Below are positions 23,836 through 36,539 of a DNA stretch of 64,000 bases, one piece after another. The notes beneath the pieces were generated by a model, which made no database searches, was not told where the DNA came from, and saw nothing but the letters and a program-made list of their open reading frames with translations. Numbering within the stretch: position 1 is the first letter of the stretch; each line of letters starts with the position of its first letter. The DNA is from Selaginella moellendorffii (taxonomy: Eukaryota; Plantae; Lycopodiophyta): contig NW_003314302.1 in NCBI RefSeq assembly GCF_000143415.4, positions 1,588,395-1,652,394 on the forward strand. The letters run 5' to 3'. Made by a program: the position numbers and the translations under genes.

Positions 23836-26800
23836 CTAGACAAACTGTTTCTCGCGTATGCTGAGCATCGAAGAGAAGTCCTCGGCCACGTCCTTGGGAG
23901 GAACTGTGACGGGATGAGCGCTGCTGAGCTGATGGTGAATCCCCGCGAATTTTTCTTGGAGTCTCTCCACCTGTTTGACAAGGAAAAACCGGATTTTGTT
24001 CCCAAGCAAGCACAGATTTTTCGATCATACCCGTCTTAGCTCGTGCTCAAGATCCATCCTCTGGTGCTCCAGCACTTGCCTCGCTTGCTGGACGTCAAAC
24101 ACGCGATCGAGATCCTCCTCAAACGCGACTTCCAGATCCTCGCGCAGTAGCGCCGGGAACTTGTCCACCACGGGCATGAGGAAGAAGCAATTGAACTGCG
24201 CGAAACAACACAACAAAGAAGAACTTTGAGAACTTTGAGAGCTTTCGACCGTTGGAAAGAAGAAAAGTTGGAAGAACTTACTTTCAACTCGGCAGCTGTG
24301 ACGAAGTGATCCCGGATGCCTTCGAAGATCTTTGCGACGAGAGCGTTCACGATGTCCTCGGACGATTGCGCGAGGCGCCGATTCCACAGCGTGCTCTCGA
24401 GAAGATCCACGAGCCTCGTCTGCGTCATCTGGCCCCCGGACGAGTCCTGGCCTTTGAGCACCTTGGACGAGTTTTCCTGCTTGTTCCCGTTGCTTGCGAC
24501 GCTCACGAGATCGCCAGATCCTCCTGCACTGTTCGTGAGAATCGATTGCTCGAGCGAGACCGTGTCCAGGAACTGTCGCAGTCCAGCCCGGTTCTGCAGT
24601 GGACAAAAAAAAATCCGATTTTTAGTCACAGGCTAGGACGTTTTCACCGAGTGCTACCCTGTTATGCAGCGACCAGGTGACATAGCGCGTTGTGCTCAAA
24701 AGATCTTCCATGCACCTGGGATGGATCAAAGCTAGAATAACTCCAAAACGCGAAAGAAAGGCTTACTTCTCTCGGCATGCTCGTTCTGTGCATTCCACGA
24801 AGAGATGGAATGCGGTTGACACGCGCTTCATAAACATGTCGTGGTTACTTAAATACTCCCCGTCTTTCTGTAAGTCTCGGCCATGAAACTCTTCAGGGAG
24901 CAACGAGAAGAACACTTACTTGGAGTAGAAACAGCGCAATAGGCAAAAGTCTTCGCAAAACATGCGAGAGTCTGAATCCCAGCTGATAAACACGACGAGA
25001 ATGTGAGTACGTGATGAGTGATCGTTCGATCTACCTGATGAAGAAATGGCTCAAACACGTCTCTGCCTTTCGCAACAGCTATGACACAAGCAGTCCTGAA
25101 AAAACACATTTTCTATAAGAAACGAGGCGCAACCAAGTAAGGAAACCTGAAGTAATTCGTTCCGTCGTGCATGTCCTCGACTCCACAGGCGTTTACAATC
25201 TCTTCTCTGGTGATTACCGGGCACTTCATGCCTCCAACCACGAAACGAAACTCCGCCATGGCTCTGTGGTATTGAGCTCCTCCATACAAACGCATCCCGG
25301 CATTCTAAACCAAAACGAGATCTCTCACACCAGAGGCCTGAAATATGAGCTTCATACCGGCATGTGTTTGAAAGGCAATTGAAGACCATCTGCACCTACA
25401 AACGCTCCTCCGTGAACTCGCTCGTCTTGCAACGTCTCACCTGCAAAAAAATTCTGTAAGTGGTGAGATCTTCGTGTTGTAAACTTCGTCCGTTCATACC
25501 AAACTTCTCTGGTGGCGCCACCACTGTTCCTTTGAGTAAAAGCGAGAGCTGAAAGTACAAAGTTTCTCAATCAAGAGATAGTTTCTAGCGACAAAATCGA
25601 ACCTTTGCGAGAAAAGAGTCTCTGAAAACACGACCACGCTCCTTGAGCTTGATCTCGTCTAAGTCACTGCAGCAAAGAGTTTAGCTAGCCAAAGAAACGA
25701 GAGAGAAAAGCTCATACCTCAAGTCAGTCACAGTCTGATGCAGCTTTAAGGTGACGTTCCGGTATTCTCTATCCAGCAGCGGGACAATGGATGGAACGCT
25801 TTCCATGTACCTGCGATCTGACTAAGTTCTAGCGAAAAAAAAAAAACATCTATCACGCTTACTTGCGCTGCAGGATTTGTTCTAAGAACCATCGAAGCCG
25901 GCTAACTCCGACGTGATTTCTTTCTTCTCTGAGCAGCGGACGACCCAGCTTCTCTTCGAGACTTGAAACATCTTCCAGTTCTCGTGCTGCAACCGCCTAA
26001 AAAAATTGTATTGTTTTGTGAAGAAAAACCAGGACTTGCCTCTCTAAACTGTTCGTTTGACTTGTACACTGCGTCACGGCCACTCCCGACTCTCCCAGAA
26101 GGCACTGATGTGAAAAACGGGGTCCCGCCCAAGATATCCCCATCTAGCAGGCGAGGTGGCGGACGGAGAAAAAGCTCTACGTCCGCAGCTCTTGCAAATT
26201 GTGGAATTCGAGTGTCCAGTTTTGTCGAGACAACTATTGTCCGAGACAGCTCAGGATCCACCTTGCAAAAATGTCAGCTTTTCCAAGAAAAAAAAAAGAC
26301 GTTTTCGTTCACTACCTGCATGACAACTCTTCGCGTAGTCGCGTTGCTCCAGTCGCTACAGTCCTCGAGGCAAAGAATGATAAACTCTTTGTGCTGCATT
26401 TTGCTTCGAACGAGAGCTTCCACTGCTTTGGCCTGAGCCTGCGAAAGCATTCACTCACTCAAACCGAAAGCTTTGAACACAAACCTGGAGCGCGGTGGTT
26501 GCGTTAGATTGAGGAGGCGGAGCTATGAGCCCAGGCGTGTCAATGATCGTAAGATTTGGACAGTATTTGTACTCGATCTTGATGATGATCTCCTTCGCCC
26601 AAAACTGGTGAGTGTCTCGTTCGAGTCTCAAGTTCTCGGACTCTATGTGAGCCTGCGATACAAAAGAACCACCAAAGAACTTTACGTGATGAAACTCCAA
26701 GAAGGAAAGAACCACGTACCTGGATATCATCCAAGCTGCGTTCTTCTTCGCGAGGAAGACCATCCTCGGTCATGAGATAGCACAGTGGCTCGGAACAGGC

Positions 26801-27466
26801 AGCGTTGTACTTCATGTGTAGCGTGATCGGCCTCCTCGTCTTGGTTCCTCCACCAACGTGGTTAAACTGGAATCCCATGAGAGCTTCGATGAGAGCACTC
26901 TTGCCATCCGTTTGATGCCCCACGAGAAGTATAGCCGGGGCCTCGAACGGCTTGTCAAAGTCCTGCGCAAGCCCGTGAAGATCATTGTAAGCCTCGTAGA
27001 GCTTCTCGTTGCCAGCCGATGGATACAAGCTCTCGGGCGATCCGGAAAGAGCTGCTGTTGCTCGAGAGACGTCTTTGGGGCCGTGATCCCGGTTGAACAA
27101 ATGGAGCCTCGGCAGAGTTTTGTGACGACCAACCAGGTAAGGTGACAAGCCCACGAGGTTGTGCTGGCTTGGCGAGCTCATGCTCGAAACAAAAACTCCA
27201 GGATGCCCGTGACTTCTTCCTTGCTGCTTAGAAGTCGCGGGATCACTGCCCCCCATCACGGGAACGAAGCTGTAGGACGGAGTGAAACCCGGCCTTGGTT
27301 GATCATTCGGTGGAGTGAAAGCGTTGGCCGGTGGCGAGTTTCCATTCCAGTGCCTGGGTGGAGACGACTGATCAGAGGCTTTCGGGGAGTTGCCCTGTGA
27401 AGAGGCACTGGTTGCCTGGTGGGAAATCCAGCGCTCGGCCACATTTGCTCTCGCCTCGTGCTTCAT
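23836..27466 (-). CDS. ARC5: Dynamin-related protein 5B (chloroplast/peroxisome division), multi-exon
   Basis: YEAYNDLHGLAQ, GHQTDGKSALIEALMGFQFNHVGGGTKTRRPITLHM, IIDTPGL and TKLD. Last exon VERLQEKF...KQFV*. Confidence 0.95.
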
Positions 27467-28775
27467 TGTCGAGGACGAGCAGGGATCGATCCGCCCAAAT
27501 CTAGAAGCTCGCGAGAAACGATCCAAATGGGATCAAAACGATGAAACTCACCTGAAAGATGCCGGCCGCTTTGAATGAACCCCAGCGCTCCCTGTGGCAG
27601 TGTAAGTAACAGCGAGATTTCATGACGGGTTCTGACGTACGGTTGACGGGTCCATTTTGACGGGCCAGGAAACTTTACAGGCGGCAAAACGATAAGCTGC
27701 ACGCGAATCTCTTATCCGATCGTCTGCATGGCGGACATGAAACTAGCTCGTTGATGAGCTTGGAGATAAAAATCGTATTTTTGGTGATCCAGACTTTCAG
27801 TGACTGAATCTCCAGTATTGTTTTGTATCTTCCACAATCAGTGCCTTTGGATAGTATAACTCTTTATATGTTAAAATTCACTGGCAGAAAAGCTAGTGAA
27901 TGGAAACACAAAACAATTTCAACAGTGTTTGTTACATTTCCGTATAATATTTTTATTTTCATATTTTGATAGTAGATGACCATCAAGTTACACATAAAAA
28001 TGCAAACGTTATCTATTTGTAGACCATAAACTTTGGCTAGCAATAATATTTTCAACTATCAAATTATAGTTATTAAGAGTTGCTCTATATTTTTATTTGA
28101 TGATATTAAACATATATGATCCAAAGATTAAAAAAATACTTTGTGTTCGATATTGTTAACATTGTGAAGTATCTAGATCATTTGAATTTAAAATATTTGG
28201 AGGTGGATATGATTATCAGGTAAACATTTTGGACAAAGTAGCTCAGGATATTTTTCATTAGGATTTACTATTGATCTAGTACCAAAATAGTGTATTGTAA
28301 TATATCTATGTACTGTGTCAAACATTCTTAAACCATAAAGATATGCACGATAATCTATAAGTCTCTAGAATTTGTAAAAATGTTGATTGCAAGTATTCTG
28401 CTGAAAACTCAAATTTTGCATAAATTGATATACAATTAAACTTTCTAAAAATAATTAGAAATTCTTATAAACACTTGCTGACTACTAGTGAAAATTTATT
28501 CTTGAATGTAATATCCAAATGGTCCACATATTATTTATATGTCAATACTAGTGATCAATTCCACTTTACCATTTATCTGATTCACAAATTATGAATTTTT
28601 TTAATAATTATTGAAAGGCATTCATATTAAAAATAACTTGCTAAACAAATCAATTAATAGAAAGTTTTAAATAAAATGATTAAATTTATAATATGATTTT
28701 CAAAGAGCAAGAATGCAATGGAGATGCAAGGGTGTAAAGATTTATTCTTTCACTACTTAAATGAATTACATAAAC

Positions 28776-29424
28776 TCAAATATAAAATTCTGCCAGGTGG
28801 CAGTTAACTCATTTCCTCTGCTAATTATTTAAGAACTAAAATAATAAATTAATCCTTAAAAATATAAATCTTTTCATATTTGATTGTCTGTTATAAATTA
28901 TGAATGAAAATATAATAAAATGATCCAAATTAGTAGGAAAAGCATGTCAAAACAAAATAAACCATGGAAGTTGGCCGTAAAGTCTACATCCACGACCAAG
29001 CTCACACTCCAAGATTCTACTGGATGGCCTGGTTTCTCTGGTCGGCATGGTGAGGACAATAATATGTTTCTTCTGGAACCCGAGCTTTGTTGTGCAACGT
29101 CAAATATAAAATTCTGCCAGGTGGCAGTTAACTCATTTCCTCTGCTAATTATTTAAGAACTAAAATAATAAATTAATCCTTAAAAATATAAATCTTTTCA
29201 TATTTGATTGTCTGTTATAAATTATGAATGAAAATATAATAAAATGATCCAAAGTAGTAGGAAAAGCATGTCAAAACAAAATAAACCATGGAAGTTGGCC
29301 TTGAAGTCTCTCACGACAACCAAGCTCACACTCCAAGATTCTACTGGATGGCCTGGTTTCTCTGGTCGGCATGGTGAGGACAATAATATGTTTCTTCTGG
29401 AACCCGAGCTTTGTTGTTGCAACG
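28776..29424. repeat. 324-bp tandem duplication of the C-terminus and 3' flank of the NTPase gene
   Basis: 28776-29099 and 29100-29424 are near-identical at an offset of 324. Confidence 0.95.
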
Positions 29425-31140
29425 GTCCCCTTTCACTTTTGTTCCACGACAAGTCTTGAGTTCACCCTTCACCACTGTTGCCGGCTCTTTCAAATCGAGG
29501 AGATCAAAGACCTCAAGGCAATCGTGCACATCACCGAATTTTCTGAAATGCAGATCTGAGTGGGGCACGTCAGTCAGCCGGACGGACTGAGGCATGATGT
29601 AGTAGAACTCTTCCTTTACCACTGTCCACCGCTTTTTGGTTGCAGCCTTCCATTCCGGCAGAACTACTCCCTTCCAGACTTGTTGGGACTTTGCCTTCCA
29701 CTGAGCGACGATGATCTGCATTGCTGCAAGCCGAAGCTCCTTTCCAACCAGTATGACGTAGATCACGTCCACTGCTTGCTCGTTGAAAGCCAGTGGACCC
29801 AATAGAACGCCTTGTGTAAGCTCCTTGGTTCCCAGCTCGTTAAGAGCACTTGCCTCTGAGCCGCGTGCATATGTCCTGAAATGCCTGAATGTATATCCAA
29901 AGATGCTCTTCTGATACCTCATCACAGCTATCACCAAGCCTTCGACGTTCCAGGCGATCCGGGCAGGGTTACGCTTTATCACCTCTTCTTCATCAGGCTC
30001 CTGACAGTCGACACTAATGGCCTGAGCCCAAGTCTCAATGTCACTCAACAGCAATGAGCTTTGCAGATTCTCATGTTGGTCCATAATGTACAGCTCCGCC
30101 TGACTGCGTACGTAGGGGCTCAGAGGACGAAAGAGGCCAATACCACCACTTTCATCCTTCTCCTTATAGAAGCAAGTGAAATCCGTAAGAGCAGGTCCCA
30201 GCTCGTGACTGAGTTCTCCCCAGATGACCAGCTCCAGGGCACCACGAAGCTGCTTCTGCGTCTTGAGCAAGCCAATAAATCTCTTGAACAGCCTAGACAT
30301 ATACGTGCCTCTGATCTTCCCTTCAAAGACTCCCTCGTTCCCCTTAGATTCCTCATAAAACTCGAGAAGAAGTGGAATACCCCCGGTTAAACGATCTGCA
30401 TGCTGCAGCTCTTCTACCGTTGGTGTCGACTGTGCCATCCACGTTTCCATCTCGCGGCTGGTGTATGGGCCATCGAAGAATTCAGTCTGTATGTGATCGT
30501 CAGCCTTGTCACTCTCCGACCATATCTGCCTTTCCCTGCTATCAACCGAAGACAGCATTAGGAGCTTGTGGGTGAAAGCCGCAGAGGCCAAGTCCGCAGA
30601 AGAGACGCTATTCGCCTCGAACTGATCCCAGTCATCCACTACGAACAACAAGGCCCCCCGTTTCTGCTGGCGACACCACGACTTAAGTTCGTCGATCGAA
30701 GTCATTGAGGAGAGTGAAGAAGAATCGCCAGATGCCACAATCAAGGCTTCCCTGAGGACCAAAACAGGCTCCGCAATGTAGCGCAGCACGGAGATATAAG
30801 CTACACTCATCATCTGAGAGCCAACGAGGTAGCCAGAGATGGTGGATACCACTGTGCTCTTCCCAGTACCTTTGGCACCTAAAACCTGCATATGTTGCCT
30901 TGCTCTCATGCTCGTCATCGCACCATACAGCCTCTCTGCACCCTCCCTTCCTACGTACTTGTATTGGGCTGTAAGGTTGGCGGCGAAATTCGTCGTAGGG
31001 CGGAGAAGCTCCCACACTTGACACGGATCCCACAGGAAGCTTGGATCTCGCCCAAAATACAAACGCGCAAGAGCATTGCGGAGAGCCGTAGGGCCTAAAT
31101 CCTCAAGCGCCTCCGCGCTGCGCTTCAGCGGCAGTGACAT
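29341..31140 (-). CDS. Intronless P-loop NTPase + putative restriction-endonuclease-fold domain + C-terminal CCCH Zn finger (Crinkler/RHS-like), about 599 aa
   Basis: YVGRE, Walker A GAKGTGKS, Walker B LLFVVDD, TGGIPLLL, PLAFNEQAVD...AAMQI and C-x9-C-x12-C-x2-H. First ATG at 31140. Confidence 0.75.
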   Translation of the reverse strand: MSLPLKRSAEALEDLGPTALRNALARLYFGRDPSFLWDPCQVWELLRPTTNFAANLTAQYKYVGREGAERLYGAMTSMRARQHMQVLGAKGTGKSTVVSTISGYLVGSQMMSVAYISVLRYIAEPVLVLREALIVASGDSSSLSSMTSIDELKSWCRQQKRGALLFVVDDWDQFEANSVSSADLASAAFTHKLLMLSSVDSRERQIWSESDKADDHIQTEFFDGPYTSREMETWMAQSTPTVEELQHADRLTGGIPLLLEFYEESKGNEGVFEGKIRGTYMSRLFKRFIGLLKTQKQLRGALELVIWGELSHELGPALTDFTCFYKEKDESGGIGLFRPLSPYVRSQAELYIMDQHENLQSSLLLSDIETWAQAISVDCQEPDEEEVIKRNPARIAWNVEGLVIAVMRYQKSIFGYTFRHFRTYARGSEASALNELGTKELTQGVLLGPLAFNEQAVDVIYVILVGKELRLAAMQIIVAQWKAKSQQVWKGVVLPEWKAATKKRWTVVKEEFYYIMPQSVRLTDVPHSDLHFRKFGDVHDCLEVFDLLDLKEPATVVKGELKTCRGTKVKGDRCNNKARVPEETYYCPHHADQRNQAIQ

Positions 31141-31252
31141 TGTTGTTGCCAAAAACCTTAATGGTGAATTAAGTTTTGTAAAGTTTCTTTGCACTAAATA
31201 CTTATGTGAAAGTTCCTGACTTTCATACTTTCATGTGAAGTGATGCAAACTT

Positions 31253-32306
31253 TTATTCATCAACTTTGAAGAATGTGTAGGACAGGACTAGATTTGTTAT
31301 ATCATCCATGCGGGGATCCGTAGCAAACTCTGGATCCACGTAGAAGAATACCTGCAAAGGAGCCACGGTAACGATCTGGCAATGGACTTTGTTTTTGATT
31401 TTTGTTCGAACTCACTGGCATGTCTATCTTTTCTCCTGGTTGAAGCCTCTGTTCCTCAAAGCAGAAGCACTGTATCTTATTGAAATAGACGGCCGCCTGG
31501 AAAAATCCCAGTGTGAGCTACTTTGAAGGCGGCATAGTTCTCGTCAAAGTACCTGCATTGGCACCACATTGTATGTTGAAACACCGGTGATAGGCTCCGA
31601 ACTGAGATTCTCGGCCGTGAAAAACGCTAGTGAGCTCTCACCGGGTCTCACCTTCACCTGAACAGCAAAACAAAACGTGTGACTAAACTCAAGAACTGAA
31701 GTTACCGTTCTTTGACACGGCGTGAATCTCCATTGCAACTTATCGGAGACATCCGTGTTGAATTGCACGACAATCTCGCTGCAAAGAAAGACGAGCAAAC
31801 GAAGAAACGAATCACAAAACGCTTGAGAAGGAAAGAGAAAGATCACACCGAGTTACTGGAGCGTCTTCTTTAGCATGGCGAGCGATCTTTTCCTCCACAG
31901 ACTGCAAAATGGCCATCACCAATCAAGCACACAAAATGGTAAGAAAACAAAAAAAAGAAAGGAAGGAGAAAGAAAGTTACCTCTTTTCTTTGGATTGTTC
32001 CACCATAGCCAGTTGCTTGGCAAAACCTCCGATAGAGTGGCACCGAGGCGTACGTGAGACCGACCATTCCAATCACCACCGTGCTGAGATACATTAGAGT
32101 CGTTTGCGTCTTGTTTGGCCTCTCTGTTGCCCCTGGCGACGCTGATGCCCTGGCCGCGAAGTAGCGCGATGCCGTGTAGCTTGGCAAAACGATCGACTCA
32201 GCGAGAATTTCGAAGAAAGATCACGATATTCTCACCGGCATTCAGTCGATCGCACGGCATCGCGCAGCGCCCACGCCCTCGCCCTCGGCGCCAATCGCCC
32301 CAGCAT
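31253..32306 (-). CDS. COX11: Cytochrome c oxidase assembly copper chaperone COX11, multi-exon
   Basis: Arg-rich presequence [46 protein letters not shown] and LSYTFFKV. Confidence 0.95.
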
Positions 32307-32794
32307 TTTAGAATTTAGGGCTTTTCCCCTTGGGTTTATCCGTACGGACAAACGTACGCTTTGGCCCATCACGTCAGCTGTTCGAATCCTTGTGGCGTCA
32401 CTTAGGGTTCTTGTGTCAGATCGCTTGGTTGTTGCGCGGCAAAGAGATCAGTCCTCCATTCCTTTGGTACTCTGCAATCTCCCAGGTGCCCTGCGATGGT
32501 TTGCGATGGATTGGGAGAAATCTATCCTCCAGCGCGCCTGATTGATTCGCTGCAGCGGATAAAGATCGAGGTAGGGAAATGCCAGGACATCTAGCCCTTA
32601 ATCGTTTCCTCTATTCTTCCTTCGGAGGTAATTTCTTCGTTCTTCACATAATCTTCTCAGACTCACCGCGCCTAGCTTCAGATTTGCGCTCTAGGATCTA
32701 TAGAGCTATCTCGAGAGGTATAAAGAATCTCTAGAATTATCTTATTGATGAAAGAGAGCTTTGCTCTTTGCCACATTTTTTTGCTGGAGACTAA

Positions 32795-34422
32795 CTATCT
32801 CACTTTTACCACCAGTGGTGCAGCCATTTCGCTGGACAGCTTGAGAACTTCGGTGAGATCAACGGGATGGGCTGGGTCGACCTGGAACTCAAACTTGTGA
32901 ACCAACCGAGCCGTCCAGAGAAGAACAGTAGCGAGGCCGAGAGCTCGTCCGGGACACACTCGGCGACCAGCTCCGAATGGAGCGAGACGTAAGTCAGTTC
33001 CTTTCACGTCGACGTCCTGCTCCAGAAATCTCTCCGGGCTGAACTTCTCAGGCTCGGTCCAGATGGATGAATCGTGAGTGATGGACCACATGTTTACCAT
33101 GGCCGTGGTGCCTGCAGGGACGTGGTGACCGGCCAAGGTTACGTCGTGAATCGCAAGCCGAGCCCAAGAGAGCAAGGGACCCGGAGGATGCATCCGAAGA
33201 GTCTCCTTTACAACGGCTTGGAGGTACACCATCTTGTGGAGGTCAGACTCGGCAACTTCGGATTTTCCTCCAACTACGCTAGCGATCTCCTCACGCAACT
33301 TGCTCTGGATTTCAGGATGGAGGACGAGCTCCGCGAGAATCCACTCGGTGAGGAGAGCAACGGTGTCAGTGCCTCGGAAAATCATCTCCTGTGAAGACAC
33401 GTAGACGTGAGTCACAAACGAAAATGAGAATTGAAGACTCTTACCCAGAGGACTGCGATCATGTCGGAATCGTTGAGCTTGTCTTCGCCATCAAGTGAGA
33501 GAAGCACATCAACGAAGTCCGGCCCAGCAGCTTTGTTGTCGAGCTGACGATGCTCGTCGATGATATTCTGCACAAAGCTCGTCACGCGGGGAACCAAAAC
33601 GGCACACCGCTGGAGGATGTTCTGGGGATCGACTGCCTTGAGAGCTGGCAAGTGATCGGCCCAGTTGAATGCACCGAGCAGCTCGAATCCTTCCCTCACC
33701 ATCTCAGAAAGCTGAGCAGCATTTTCAGAGCCATCCTCGAACCTCCTGCCGAACACCGTCTGCATGATATTGTTGAGCGAAGCTCGCTGGAGAAAGTCCC
33801 GGACTCGGACAAGGCCGTGGTTGTCTGCTGCAAAGGTACTCATGGCTTCGATCATCCTGCTTGTCTCTGCCTGACGAGATGGTTCGTGAGCAGCAATCTG
33901 GCGTGGAGAGAACAGATAGTTGGAGGCAATCCTTCGCAGGTTACGCCAGTAATCTCCATAGGGAGCGAAGCCGATTGCTCGTCCAAAGAGGAGCTGCTGA
34001 GCCGACTGCTTGAGGGGCCTGTCCGCGAACTCGGAACTGTTGAGCAGCTCTCGTGCTACTTCCGGCTTGCTGGTGATGATCATCCTCGTGTTACCCAGGC
34101 TGAAGGCCATGAGCTCCTTTGCATGGTGCTTCTCGGCAAGCGCGGCCAACTTGCGATGAGCTTGGCCTCCCATCTCAGTCAAGACTCCAAGCACTGGCCA
34201 TCCTCGGGGTCCCGGGATCGTCTGCTTCCTCTTCAGCGTCCTTCCCCATGCATTGCCGCCAGGAACAAACCAGGAAGCCAGGATCGCCGAGACAGCAGCT
34301 AGAACAAAAATGGCCACAGCAGCGACAAATCGCCATGCATGATCGTTGGCTTCAGCAGACAGATGCCGGGAGCAAAAAGGCAGAGTGAGGATCCACCAGT
34401 CGAATCCAGAAGCCGACTCCAT
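32795..34422 (-). CDS. CYP78A: Cytochrome P450 CYP78A family (KLUH-like), one intron at 33389-33444
   Basis: [33 protein letters not shown]|[21 protein letters not shown] and [11 protein letters not shown]. Confidence 0.95.
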
Positions 34423-35134
34423 GATCAGAGCACTCACTTGGAGAGAAAGAAGAGAACCCGAGGCAGGAGACTGAGATATGAAAGCTCTCGCGGCATGGGT
34501 CTTATATAGTGACCAAGGAGGAGATTACTTTGCGACTGGTGGCTCAAGGGGAGTGCTCCAAATTGGTAATTACTCCGAGGTAAGCATTCCACTTTTCTGG
34601 TTTCTTTTCGCTGGCTGTGCTGAAATTTACTCTTTTTCTGGCTTGTGGAAATTTACTGCTTTGTGTCGTTTGGTTAGCTTGCTCAGGGGTCCCTTCCATG
34701 TTTGAATTACTCTTGCTTGCCTGGGGGGAGCCAGCCATGATGAATGTGCCCTGCGCTTTCGCTCAGTATTTTGTCGGTGTTGCAGATTACGCACTGTGGA
34801 TGGGCTTGAATTCGCTTGTACTGTACACGAGCGCAACAACAACTAGAGAGGCTCATCGCATGTAAGTCATATGTTCGTCATGTGTGCTGAAATAAATACG
34901 TTGGTTGTTTTTATAGCTCGGAGCCAAGGACTGGGGGAGCCTCTCGCCTCATTCATTGAGGAGATGAAGTTCAGGTGTTTACATCAGAAAAAACAATTGA
35001 CATACACTTTTCTAAACCTCTATTCTTTTCTTCTGTAGATGTCCATCTGAACCGAATACAACTGGGAGGAGTTACTTAAAGCCAAGAGCTTAAAGTTTCG
35101 TTCTTACAATTTTTCATACAAAAGCTGCATACCA

Positions 35135-36345
35135 TCACCTTGGCGTTGCGAGAGCTCTCAGAGGTACTTTCTTCCGTAGAGTTATGACAAATGCATCCTC
35201 TATGTCCAGGTTCTCCTCGCTCACCTCCCACTTAAATGCCTGAATCAATCTAGCCAGGGTGATATCCACCGTTTTCAGTCCCAAGTTCATCCCGGGACAC
35301 ATTCTTCTCCCAGAAGCTCAAAGTGTTTCCCTTTCACATCAACTGTGCCTTCCGTAAACCTTCAGGATTAAAAATCCCTGCAGACTCACCCCACCACCTT
35401 GGATCTCGAGCGATCGACCAGATGTTAATCAGCCCTCTTGTTTTCTCAGGGATGGCGAAGCCGTTTACCTTTCAGTCTTAGAGGAGCTGGCGGATGCAAG
35501 CGGAAAGTCTCCTTGACCACGGCTTTGAGGTATTTCAGTTTGGAAAGATCGTCTTCGTTTACGTCTCTACCGCCGCCAACGATTAGATCGATCTCATCTT
35601 GTGCTTTGGCCATGCAGGGTTGATTTCTTATTAGCTCCGAGAGTGCCCACTCCATGGCGATGGCCGCCGTGTCAGTTCCTCCGGCAAGTACGTCCTGGCA
35701 CACCCGTTTTAAAATGGATCATTAGCTTCCAAAACTATTGAAAACTTACCGTGATCATACCTTTCAGACAATCGTTATCAAAGTCATCCAGTGACAGCAT
35801 CACGTCGATCAGATCTGGAGCTTGATTGTCAACTTTGTCGAGAGGTTTGCCATCTCCTTTTCTCACCGGCTTTAGTTTTGACTTGTGTTCATCAGTGATC
35901 CTTTGCAGCACCTTGTCCAGTTTCTTGTGTGCTGCTTTCATGGCTCCAACTGCGTTTTGGTAATCCAGCCAGCCCAAGAAGGGCCCAAGACGAAAGCTCC
36001 CATAAAATCCACTGCCTCTCGCACCAGCTCCACAAACAGTGAGTCCTCAAATCTCTCGTTGCCATATGAAACATAGAAAACATGCTTGGCAACTGAGATC
36101 TTTGGCCTTGATGGAAAATGGATGTCATAAATGGAGAGAAAAGCTTTTGCTGCATCTGGGGAGGACACCACAATGGTTGGGACTACACCAAGTTTGATAC
36201 TCATGATGGGACCAAATCTTTCAGAGAGTTTGGACAGGGATTTGTAAGAGTGAGTTCTCAGCAAATGCAAATGCCCAATAAGTGGAAGTCCATTTGGTCC
36301 TGGTGGGAGATTTCTTCTTTGTGAGCAAAAATGAAGAGATACCAA
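35135..36345 (-). pseudogene. CYP71-clan P450 pseudogene
   Basis: LPPGPNGLPLIGHLHLL, AGGTDT and KETFRLHPPAP. The heme motif is partly deleted and there are frameshifts and internal deletions. Confidence 0.9.
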
Positions 36346-36539
36346 AAAAGATGATTGCAGTGATCATATCCATGCTTTACTGAAGAGCATTACTACCTCA
36401 GTGTCAATTATGGGTGGAAAAATTATTGTGACAAGCCACATGGAAAGTTCGATGAATAAAAAAGCAGCCGTTCGATGGACCTTTGCCAACCAACGGCTGG
36501 CATTCATTTGTTTCGCGCTCGAAGAAAAATCACATAGCC

